Shown here in pieces: positions 47,308 through 55,069 of a DNA stretch of 64,000 nucleotides (position 1 is its first letter; each line of letters begins with the position of its first letter). The DNA lies in the NCBI GenBank assembly GCA_963923035.1, contig CAWUKT010000002.1:38574-102573 (forward strand), in the 5' to 3' direction. Both the position numbers and the translations under genes were made by a program. The notes under the pieces were generated by a model. The model was given only the letters and a program-made list of their open reading frames with translations. It did no database searches and was not told the DNA's origin. Origin of the DNA: an uncultured bacterium. GTDB lineage: Bacteria; Bacteroidota; Bacteroidia; J057; JADKCL01.

Positions 47308-47493
47308 TTCCGAACCTTCGTAATATTCAATGGTTCGAAACTAATAAGCCATAAGTCTTTGGTTATCAGGGAGAAATTTATACTTCGAAAACCGAAGTTT
47401 TTTGGGAGTGAGGGGGCTTTCCATTCAAAAAAAGACCCTGAGAGAAGCAAAATCGTTTTAGGTAAATGGCCGACTTTGGGAGGGGAAAACGGA

Positions 47494-48270
47494 TCAGTTC
47501 GCGAGCCACTTTTTGAAGCTGCTGGCGCGGTCGGCCGGCACAAATATTTCGACCGGACACTCAACCAGCAAATCTAATTTTAGGCGGGAGCGCGAATACA
47601 GAATTACCTCTTTGATGCCGTCGCGGCGGACGATGGCTTTGCGGCTCGCCCGGTAAAAGTGATGGGGGTCCAGGGAATTGGTGAGTTGCTCGAGGGACTG
47701 ACTCAGGTCGTACTGCTGGCCACTGCGGGTGAGAAAATAGGTGCTTTTGGCCATCGCAAAGAAGGCCACGATGTCCTCGGTGGAAATCGCGCGGATGCGG
47801 TCCCTGACCTGCACCAAAAAGCGCTGGGTATAGCTCTGGTCGTCGGTATTGCGCAGGGCTTGGGCCAGTTGATGGTAATCGATCGAGGGGGACGCCTGTT
47901 CCGGTGCGAAGAGCGCCTTGAATTTATCGATGCTCTGCCGGAGCTCCTTGGGGCGGATCGGCTTCAGGAGGTAGTCCACCGAATAGGATTTGAAGGCCTG
48001 GAGGGCGTATTGGTCGTAGGCGGTGGTGAAAATGATGGGAACGTCCAGGGAAATTTGCTCCAATACCTCGAAGGCACTTCCATCCGCCAGGTGAATGTCC
48101 AAAAACAGAAGATCCGGCCGCGCCCGTCCCGATTTGAAATATTCCACCACCTCACGCACCGTCTCCAGTTGGGCCAGCGGCTGAATCTCCGGTGCCACAT
48201 CCTCCAAAATCCGCCGGAGGCGCTCCGCCGCCAGCGCTTCGTCCTCAACGATCAGTGCGTTGTAGCTCAT
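47494..48270 (-). CDS. LytR/AlgR family response regulator (REC + LytTR DNA-binding domain)
   Basis: 258 aa with a receiver (ALIVEDEALAAERL..DLLFLDIHLADGSAFEVL) and a LytTR C-terminal domain (FLVQVRDRIRAISTEDIVAFFA..YRASRKAIV). Confidence 0.9.
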   Translation of the reverse strand: MSYNALIVEDEALAAERLRRILEDVAPEIQPLAQLETVREVVEYFKSGRARPDLLFLDIHLADGSAFEVLEQISLDVPIIFTTAYDQYALQAFKSYSVDYLLKPIRPKELRQSIDKFKALFAPEQASPSIDYHQLAQALRNTDDQSYTQRFLVQVRDRIRAISTEDIVAFFAMAKSTYFLTRSGQQYDLSQSLEQLTNSLDPHHFYRASRKAIVRRDGIKEVILYSRSRLKLDLLVECPVEIFVPADRASSFKKWLAN

Positions 48271-49303
48271 TTTTCTCCATGATTATAGGTACCCGGGCCA
48301 CAAATTCGGCGTCCGTCTGTTCATATCCCGGCTCGCGCTCGCCCATCAGTTGGTAGCGCTCGCGCAGGTTTTGCCAACCGTATCCATTCCGGTGGGGCAC
48401 ATCCTGACGCAGCTGGACATTGTTCCGAACCACCAGTTCCTTGCCCTTGGTCTCTACGTGGATCTGCAAGGGATTCTCGGCCGAGACCTCATTGTGCTTG
48501 ATCGCATTCTCGATCAGCAATTGCAGGGTCAGGGGGGGAATGCGCCCATTGAACATCGCCGGATCGACTGTCTCCTGGTAGACCAGGTTGTCGTTGAAGC
48601 GGATCCGGAGCAGGAACAAATAAGAATGCAAGAAGTCCAGTTCATCCCGGACGGTGACGGTCGGGGCATGGTTCAGCCGCAAAACATAGCGGTAGACCTC
48701 TGCAAACTCCTGGATAAAGGCATCGGCCTTTTCGACGTCGACATAGATCAGGGACGCCAGGGTATTCAGGCTGTTGAACAGAAAGTGAGGGTTCAGCTGT
48801 TGGCGCAGGGCCTGGTACTGCGACATCGTGATCCGCTGTTCCAATTGGGCGATATTGAGTTCCAATCGGCGATTTTCCTTGATCCGAAACCAAACCTCGA
48901 TGAATGAAAATGCCAACAAGCCCATCAAAAAGCTGGTCATGGACACCACCATCAGGAAGCGCCCAACCTCTTCTTGGGTGACGTTTTCCACGTTATTCGC
49001 CGCAATTCCCGCAACGGCCACCATCATCGCGCCCATCACCAACACCGCAAACACCTCAATGGAGATGCGCAGCAAGGTCTGCCGCGTCCAAGACACGCGC
49101 CTGTTGAGGTAGCCCACCAAGAAATAGGCCGCCGTGATGAAGATCATTTGAATGATCAACATCCGCGCGAATCCGGTCCAGAAGGGTTCCTTCTGATTGC
49201 CGAAAAAGACCGCCTCAGATACCAAATCGGATACCATCCCCACCAAACTGATCAGGGTGGCGAAGACAACCGAATAAATGGCGAGAACGAAAAAGTTCTT
49301 CAT
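48245..49303 (-). CDS. LytS-type sensor histidine kinase
   Basis: 352 aa: about 4 TM helices, then the His_kinase motif LRQQLNPHFLFNSLNTL and an ATPase segment (PLTLQLLIENAIKHN). Confidence 0.85.
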   Translation of the reverse strand: MKNFFVLAIYSVVFATLISLVGMVSDLVSEAVFFGNQKEPFWTGFARMLIIQMIFITAAYFLVGYLNRRVSWTRQTLLRISIEVFAVLVMGAMMVAVAGIAANNVENVTQEEVGRFLMVVSMTSFLMGLLAFSFIEVWFRIKENRRLELNIAQLEQRITMSQYQALRQQLNPHFLFNSLNTLASLIYVDVEKADAFIQEFAEVYRYVLRLNHAPTVTVRDELDFLHSYLFLLRIRFNDNLVYQETVDPAMFNGRIPPLTLQLLIENAIKHNEVSAENPLQIHVETKGKELVVRNNVQLRQDVPHRNGYGWQNLRERYQLMGEREPGYEQTDAEFVARVPIIMEKNELQRTDR

Positions 49304-49494
49304 ATAGCTATTGATAATTCCAGCACCTCTTCCTCCTGGGCTGGTTCAGGCATTTCACTTTCCTCCATCGCAGCCAGAAACGCAAGGTATCCCAAGGCTT
49401 CCATCCGGGCGCTTCGGTGAGCCCCCCGGGCCTTCATCCGTTGAGATTCCAGGTCGAGCAACTGTTTCAGAGGTAAAATATCTAATTTTTCCAT
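49300..49494 (-). CDS. Hypothetical 64-aa acidic protein translationally coupled to the LytS-type kinase
   Basis: ATGA stop/start overlap with the kinase gene at 49300-49303. No recognizable domain or signal peptide. Confidence 0.4.
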   Translation of the reverse strand: MEKLDILPLKQLLDLESQRMKARGAHRSARMEALGYLAFLAAMEESEMPEPAQEEEVLELSIAI

Positions 49495-49601
49495 GTGGAC
49501 ATGTAATTCCTCAAGGTCTAAAATAGCCCTCCGTCACCTGAGACCCGAACAAAGGTGGACCAAGCGGGGATTTTTGGAATTGAAACTGGAAAAGTCTCCG
49601 A

Positions 49602-49637
49602 CAAAAAAAGAAGGCTGCCTCACAAGTAGACAGCCTT
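49602..49637 (-). terminator. Rho-independent terminator downstream of the 49776-50498 gene
   Basis: Stem AAGGCTG (49611-49617) / CAGCCTT (49631-49637). On the minus strand a U7 run follows it (complement of A-run 49603-49609). Confidence 0.6.
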
Positions 49638-49775
49638 TTCACCTAAAACAATAAACTCCTTTTCAACCCTCGAATCGAAAATTCACCGTGTTGGCGAAAT
49701 CAGGGGTCATTGTGTTAACGTCTCTTCCTGAAAATTTGTTTCATGGTTTCAGAAAAATTTGAAAGAAATGAATTT

Positions 49776-50498
49776 CTACCCGCCATAAAACATCACGCCC
49801 ACTTTGATTCCAAAGTTGCTGGACCGTGACACGAGGAAAGGCGGATCGTTCAGGTACGTCTGAAAATTGATGCTCCGGTTCACCGGGTTGTATTCGTTGG
49901 CGTAGAGGTCGTACTGGAAATAGGGGCGGATGAAAATGTGCAGGGGAAGGTCAGGAGAAACGGGAAATGAGGCATGCATGAAAATGGTGCTGCCTACCGT
50001 CACCTCGTTCATCACAGGTGACCGAAGGGGAATTTGCCGGTAGTCGGCGCTGTTGCCGTAGCGGGAAAAGACCCGCACCGCCCCGAAGTCGATCGACGCC
50101 CCCAGTGACAGCAACCAATCCTCCGATTGGTTGAGCTTGCCCGCCGCCCCAATGTCAAACGTATTCGCTCGGAAGCGAATCTCGCGCACCTGCGTCGTGC
50201 CATTGCCCAATACGGTCTCCTCCGATTTCCGCACCTGGCTGCGCCCGGTATAACCAAGGTCCAGCACAAAGCGCCCGAAGACCAAGCCCGTCTGGACCGC
50301 CACGCCCCGGGGGCTGGACACGGGCTTCAGCCCATTTTCCAGGCCGTTGCGGGAATTGTAGTTGTCGAAAATGAAGTCGAGGCTGTCAATCTGGGTGAAG
50401 CTCTGGTTGAAGCCGAGTCCGGCGTAGACCTTGACCTGGGCGTCGAGGGCACCGAAGCTGAGGCACAGCGGAAGGAGGAGGACCAAAAGTCGTTTCAT
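49776..50498 (-). CDS. Hypothetical secreted protein, beta-barrel-like
   Basis: 240 aa with signal peptide MKRLLVLLLPLCLSFGALDAQ and alternating strand pattern. Confidence 0.6.
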   Translation of the reverse strand: MKRLLVLLLPLCLSFGALDAQVKVYAGLGFNQSFTQIDSLDFIFDNYNSRNGLENGLKPVSSPRGVAVQTGLVFGRFVLDLGYTGRSQVRKSEETVLGNGTTQVREIRFRANTFDIGAAGKLNQSEDWLLSLGASIDFGAVRVFSRYGNSADYRQIPLRSPVMNEVTVGSTIFMHASFPVSPDLPLHIFIRPYFQYDLYANEYNPVNRSINFQTYLNDPPFLVSRSSNFGIKVGVMFYGG

Positions 50499-50522
50499 GG
50501 CGTAAACTTACGGCTTGGATAC

Positions 50523-50546
50523 GAAAAAAGCCCGCGTGAGCGGGCT
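50523..50546 (-). terminator. Rho-independent terminator after the thioredoxin-like gene
   Basis: Stem AGCCCGC (50529-50535) / GCGGGCT (50540-50546) with a GTGA loop. On the minus strand a U6 run follows it. Confidence 0.65.
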
Positions 50547-50570
50547 TGTTATGTGTTGGGGAGGCCGAAC

Positions 50571-51116
50571 TTAGTTCGGGCTCTTGTACTCTTTTTGGAA
50601 CTTGTCCCAGTCGACGTTCTTATAGAAGTCGCCGCCAAAGTAGGACAGGACGGTTTCCAGCTGGCGGGCCTGCTGATAGCCGGGCAGCGGCTGGATGATG
50701 TTGTAGGCTTCGTCGAGGAAGACCAGGGTCGGATAGCTGAGCTTACCGTTCATGAGTTCGGCGGGGAGCTCGTGGTAGCCGCGCTTGCCGCGGGGAACAT
50801 ACTTGAACGTCCGGCCTTTGAATTCAATGTCTTCCTTGGCTTCACCGTCCATTTTCACCGCATAATACTCCTCACCAACGATCTGAATAATCGTCGGATC
50901 CTTCATCGTCGTGGCGTCCATGCGCTTACACCAACCACACCAGTCGGTATAGACATCGATCATCACCTTGCGCGGCTCCTTTTCCATTTTGTCAACCATC
51001 TGGTCCCAGGTCAGCCATTCGATTTCAGGAGCCTCAACGTTTGCAGTCTCGGCACTCTGAGCCTTCAGACCTGCGACGAGGAGCAGGGCAAATGCGAAAA
51101 CAACTATCTTCTTCAT
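50571..51116 (-). CDS. Secreted thioredoxin-fold protein (WCGWC)
   Basis: Signal peptide MKKIVVFAFALLLVAGLKAQ from the ATG at 51116, with active site DVYTDWCGWCKRMD. Confidence 0.8.
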   Translation of the reverse strand: MKKIVVFAFALLLVAGLKAQSAETANVEAPEIEWLTWDQMVDKMEKEPRKVMIDVYTDWCGWCKRMDATTMKDPTIIQIVGEEYYAVKMDGEAKEDIEFKGRTFKYVPRGKRGYHELPAELMNGKLSYPTLVFLDEAYNIIQPLPGYQQARQLETVLSYFGGDFYKNVDWDKFQKEYKSPN

Positions 51117-51240
51117 TGTGAGTTTCTTATCGGATTGAGAATTAAATATCGGGAAAATAAAGTAAAAACCCAATGGAGGCCTAGGGAGCTAAACCCTATC
51201 TAAGGACTCCAAAGAACTCGGAATATCCCTTCCCGAATCG

Positions 51241-52596
51241 TCATTTTGGCGACTTTCGGGTGAGACGTACGAATCTTACTGTCAAAAACAGTGCCGAAAA
51301 CATCAGTCCCACCGTCAAACCGTACCACATTCCTTCTACGCCCATGTTCAGGAAGTCCATCAGCAACCACCCAATGGGCAGTCCGATCACCCAATAGGCG
51401 ATAAATGTGAACAGCGTCGGCATTTTTACGTCCTCGATTCCCCGCAACAGTCCCAGCGAAATGGCTTGAATTCCATCCCCGATCTGGAACAAGGCGGCAA
51501 TCAGGAGCAATGCAGCGGCAATCGTCTGGACTTCCGGATCGTCAATGTAAAGGCGGGGCAATACTTGGTTCAGGCCCACCATACCCCCTACACCGATCAC
51601 GATGAACAGGATACTGGACATCCATGCCGCCATGCCCGCCCGCCGGATGCCTTCGGCGTCCTTGCGGCCCAGGGCATTGCCGACCCGGATCGATCCGGCC
51701 GAAGCCAGCCCCATATAGGCCATGTAAATAATGGCGGGGATTCCCAGCGCAATTTGATGCGCCGATTGCACCTCTGGACCCAATTGTCCGATCAGAATCA
51801 CGGCTCCCGTGAAGGAACCCACTTCAAATACGTATTGGAATCCACTCGGCAATCCGATTTTGAGGATGCGGCGGATGGTCGCCAGGTCGTGCTTCCAACC
51901 GAATGAACTGCGGTAAGCGCGGTACCGGGGAGCCAGGAACAAATAACCGAGGATCAAAAAGAAGCCAACCGTCCGGGCCAGGAAGGTCGCCCAACCCGCT
52001 CCATTGAGCTCCATCCGGGGAAAACCCCAGTTCCCTTCGATCAACAGCCAGTTGATAAAGATGTTGACCAACACGACGGCTCCCATGATGACCATCCCGG
52101 GAACCACGTCTTCGAATCCGTCGGCGTAGTGCTTCAGGGCCAGGAACAACAGCATCGGCAGGGACGACAGTCCAATGATCCGCATGTATTCCTGCGCCAG
52201 CGGGACGACTTCGGGGTCCTGCCCGATGAAAGGAATGACTTCGGCCATGGCGAAGGTCACGCCGATGAAGATGATGCCACTCCAAATGGTGACCCAGAAA
52301 CCCTGGTTCAGAAGTTGGCGGAGTTCACCTTCCCGCTTGGCACCGATCGCCTGGGCGGTGAGGGGGGAAATGGCGAGGCAGATGCCCAATCCAATCACGA
52401 AGGGCAGGTAAAAAAGACTGTTGGCAAGGGTGGAGGCGGCCAGGGGAACCTTCCCGAGGGCGCCAATCATGATCGTATCGGCCTGGCCGATGACCATGTG
52501 TCCGAGCTGGCCGAGGATAACCGGCCAGGCCAGAATCAAAGTTTCCGAAATTTCACGGAAATACTTTTCGCGGAACGGTATTGCCTGCGATGACAT
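51241..52596 (-). CDS. MATE family efflux transporter
   Basis: 451 aa, 12 TM helices, with a typical MatE N-terminus (ISETLILAWPVILGQLGHMVIGQADTIMIG). Confidence 0.9.
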   Translation of the reverse strand: MSSQAIPFREKYFREISETLILAWPVILGQLGHMVIGQADTIMIGALGKVPLAASTLANSLFYLPFVIGLGICLAISPLTAQAIGAKREGELRQLLNQGFWVTIWSGIIFIGVTFAMAEVIPFIGQDPEVVPLAQEYMRIIGLSSLPMLLFLALKHYADGFEDVVPGMVIMGAVVLVNIFINWLLIEGNWGFPRMELNGAGWATFLARTVGFFLILGYLFLAPRYRAYRSSFGWKHDLATIRRILKIGLPSGFQYVFEVGSFTGAVILIGQLGPEVQSAHQIALGIPAIIYMAYMGLASAGSIRVGNALGRKDAEGIRRAGMAAWMSSILFIVIGVGGMVGLNQVLPRLYIDDPEVQTIAAALLLIAALFQIGDGIQAISLGLLRGIEDVKMPTLFTFIAYWVIGLPIGWLLMDFLNMGVEGMWYGLTVGLMFSALFLTVRFVRLTRKSPK

Positions 52597-52601
52597 GAGA
52601 A

Positions 52602-52928
52602 TTACGTTTGCTTAGGTTTGGTTTGTTGCTGGTAGCGTTGCCGGAAAACGATCCGTTGAACTTCTCGTTCCAGCACCACTGCGGCCAATGCCTTCGACTG
52701 GGATGTGACTCCCACCTCTGACAAAGCCCGCGCAAATTTAGATTCATCCACGTCCAGGCGGTACATGGCCTGCACCAACCGCTCAAAATCACCCGTGATC
52801 AGTTGTTCCAGGTGTTTTGCCAGTTCGGTGCGCAGCGTTTCCCAATCCATTTCTCCGCCTACTTCCACCTCCCAACGGCTGGCCAGAGCGCTTTTTACCG
52901 CCTCCAAATCTATTTCGTGCTCATGCAT
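52602..52928 (-). CDS. Hypothetical protein (108 aa)
   Basis: Acidic helical ORF ending 5 nt before the MATE start codon, so probably co-transcribed. No recognizable motif. Confidence 0.5.
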   Translation of the reverse strand: MHEHEIDLEAVKSALASRWEVEVGGEMDWETLRTELAKHLEQLITGDFERLVQAMYRLDVDESKFARALSEVGVTSQSKALAAVVLEREVQRIVFRQRYQQQTKPKQT

Positions 52929-53053
52929 CGCGCCAAAGTTAGGGAAATGGGCGGCGGCGAGGGGGTTAAACTTTTGTGATCTACGGTTATCGGCATTTTG
53001 CGCAACCCTCCCCTCTTTTTCCCGTAAACAACCTTTATCTACACCGATTGATT

Positions 53054-53818
53054 ATGTATCTGAGTTATGTGGACGAGAGCGGGGATGTAGGTACATTTAA
53101 TTCGCCTTCCCAATATTTCGTTTTGTCAGCCCTGATCATCCATGAGAGCCAATGGCTGTCTTTTGTGGACGACCTGGTCGAGTTTCGCCGGTATCTGAAG
53201 GGAAAATATCGCCTGATGATGAACGAGGAGATCCATGCCTCCGAATTCATTGTTGGAAAACCCAATTTGCACCATGCGATTCCCCGTCACCTCCGGCTGG
53301 ATTTGCTCAAAAAGTGCCTGAATTGGATCGATTCCCGGCCCGATACGACTGTCCTGACAGTTTGTCTGAACAAAAAAGCGGGGGGAGACATCTTTTCTAC
53401 GGCCTGGCAGGAGCTGGTCCAAAAGTTCGAGGCTTCACTTGCCTACAAGCAACTCGCGGGAGGTTTTGGAAGGGTGGAACAGGGAATGGTCCTCGCGGAC
53501 AATACCGATGGCGGCAAATTGACCCGCTTGATTCGGGACTTGCGGCACCACAATTTTAGCGACCAGGCCAGCTACGACGGATTGTTCAGCCAGCCCCGCA
53601 TACAAACCGCCATTGAAGATCCGGTATTTCGGGATTCCCGTCATTCGTATATCCACCAAATGGTCGATGTGGTCGCCTATTTTGCCCGCCAATACTATGA
53701 GCCCAATCGGTTTATCCGGAGAAAAGGGGCCCGCACTTTCTATGGGCTGCTGTCCTCAGTGGTGAATCCAGCTTTGTGCCCGCAGGAGAATAGCTTTTAC
53801 TCGATTGTGGAGGTCTGA
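53054..53818 (+). CDS. DUF3800-like protein
   Basis: 254 aa from the ATG at 53054. The N-terminus MYLSYVDESGD... is the hallmark DUF3800 start. Composition looks more AT-rich than the neighbouring genes. Confidence 0.7.
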   Translation: MYLSYVDESGDVGTFNSPSQYFVLSALIIHESQWLSFVDDLVEFRRYLKGKYRLMMNEEIHASEFIVGKPNLHHAIPRHLRLDLLKKCLNWIDSRPDTTVLTVCLNKKAGGDIFSTAWQELVQKFEASLAYKQLAGGFGRVEQGMVLADNTDGGKLTRLIRDLRHHNFSDQASYDGLFSQPRIQTAIEDPVFRDSRHSYIHQMVDVVAYFARQYYEPNRFIRRKGARTFYGLLSSVVNPALCPQENSFYSIVEV

Positions 53819-54014
53819 AAATAAAAAAGGGGAATCCAAATGGAAACCCCGGGGACATCCTACATTCCTCATCGAAGCTAATCGGCCTTCCAGGCGTTTC
53901 AGATGTGCTACAAATTTACGCGAGGCGATCCGGATTCCCAAGTATTTTTTCATTTTCCCTTCTCACTCTAAAAATGATCCAATTTTTTTATTTTCGTGGG
54001 AAACTCGAGGCACC

Positions 54015-54461
54015 ATGAAGAAACTATTTGCGATCGCCCTTTTGGGATTGGCGCTGCTCACCGGATGTGACTCCGGCCCGGAAGTTCCAACGGAAGCTGA
54101 ACTCAAGTCCACCCTGGTGGGCAATTATTGCAACGCGGATCGCTCCTACCGCCTGGAAATCAAGGAAGACGGCCGTTACCGCAACCGCCGTCTCCGCCGC
54201 AATCCTTTCGGCGGAACGCGCATCCCCGAAGATTGCCAGGGCAACTATTCCTTTGTCCTCGACGAAGAAACCGACAGCTGGAAGCTGGTCTTTGAGAAAA
54301 GCGACAAGAAATCGAACTCCATGGTCAAGAATTGTGAAGGGGAAATGGTCGTGTGGACCGTCGAAGGTGGCTATGTCGTGGGCGATTCTCTGATTACGCT
54401 CACCGAGCCCTTTGACGACCTGAAAGTCACGAACATGAACTGTGGAGGAAGCGACCTGTGA
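54015..54461 (+). CDS. Small lipoprotein, uncharacterized
   Basis: 148 aa with signal plus lipobox MKKLFAIALLGLALLTGC. Confidence 0.6.
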   Translation: MKKLFAIALLGLALLTGCDSGPEVPTEAELKSTLVGNYCNADRSYRLEIKEDGRYRNRRLRRNPFGGTRIPEDCQGNYSFVLDEETDSWKLVFEKSDKKSNSMVKNCEGEMVVWTVEGGYVVGDSLITLTEPFDDLKVTNMNCGGSDL

Positions 54462-55069
54462 AAATCATCTGTGTCGGGCGGAACTACGCGGACCACGCCA
54501 AGGAGCTGTCCAATCCGGTTCCCAGCCAGCCCCTCCTGTTCATGAAGCCGGATACCGCCCTCTTGCGGAACAATGCTGACTTCTATTACCCGGAATTCAC
54601 CCAGGACCTCCATTTCGAGTGCGAATTGGTCTACCGCGTCTCCCGGGAAGGCAAGTTCATCAACAAGCGCTTCGCCACCACCTACCTCGACGGAGTGGGG
54701 CTCGGCATCGATTTTACCGCTCGCGACATCCAATCCGTCGCCAAAGCCAAGGGACATCCCTGGACCCTCGCCAAGATGTTCAACCATTCCGCCCCCGTTT
54801 CTCAATTTCTGTCCCTCGACCAATTCCCCAACCTCGCGGACATCCGTTTTGAAATGCAACTCAACGGCGAAATTCAGCAGCGCGGCCATACCGCCGATAT
54901 GATTTTCGACATTGAGACGTTGATAGAGTACATCACCCGCTTCATCACCATCAAGAAAGGTGACCTCATCTTCACAGGTACCCCGGCCGGTGTCGGCCAG
55001 GTCCAAGTGAACGACCACATTGAAGCGGCTTTGGAAGGCAATAAACTCTTGGATTTTTATGTCAGGTAA
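54458..55069 (+). CDS. Fumarylacetoacetate hydrolase (FAH) family protein
   Basis: 203 aa: KIICVGRNYADHAKEL, ECELV, GDLIFTGTPAGVG. Confidence 0.9.
   Translation: MKIICVGRNYADHAKELSNPVPSQPLLFMKPDTALLRNNADFYYPEFTQDLHFECELVYRVSREGKFINKRFATTYLDGVGLGIDFTARDIQSVAKAKGHPWTLAKMFNHSAPVSQFLSLDQFPNLADIRFEMQLNGEIQQRGHTADMIFDIETLIEYITRFITIKKGDLIFTGTPAGVGQVQVNDHIEAALEGNKLLDFYVR

Noticed and set aside
47127-47320. SAM-I or another known riboswitch upstream of cysH.
   Set aside because: GGAACUGGCCGUUG superficially recalls the SAM-I GGGACUGGCCCGAUGA segment. However, the flanking conserved elements (CUUAUCAAGAG, GAGGGA, GUGCCAA, AGAUAAG closing helix) are absent. The structure is better explained as a simple terminator/anti-terminator pair.
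47205-47564. The 119-aa minus-strand ORF from the track as a real protein.
   Set aside because: Its 5' part overlaps the 3' end of the LytTR regulator gene out of frame. It crosses a promoter-like box and AT-rich non-coding DNA, and it has no internal ATG. Only its last ~28 codons or so (the Cys-Cys frame) are considered, as a possible leader peptide.
49300-49494. The 64-aa ORF as a double-glycine-leader pheromone or bacteriocin precursor for the LytTR system.
   Set aside because: The only G-A pair (KARGA) lacks the hydrophobic residues at -4, -7 and -12 and the Glu at -8 of the LSxxELxxIxGG consensus. No C39 ABC exporter or AgrB-like gene is nearby.
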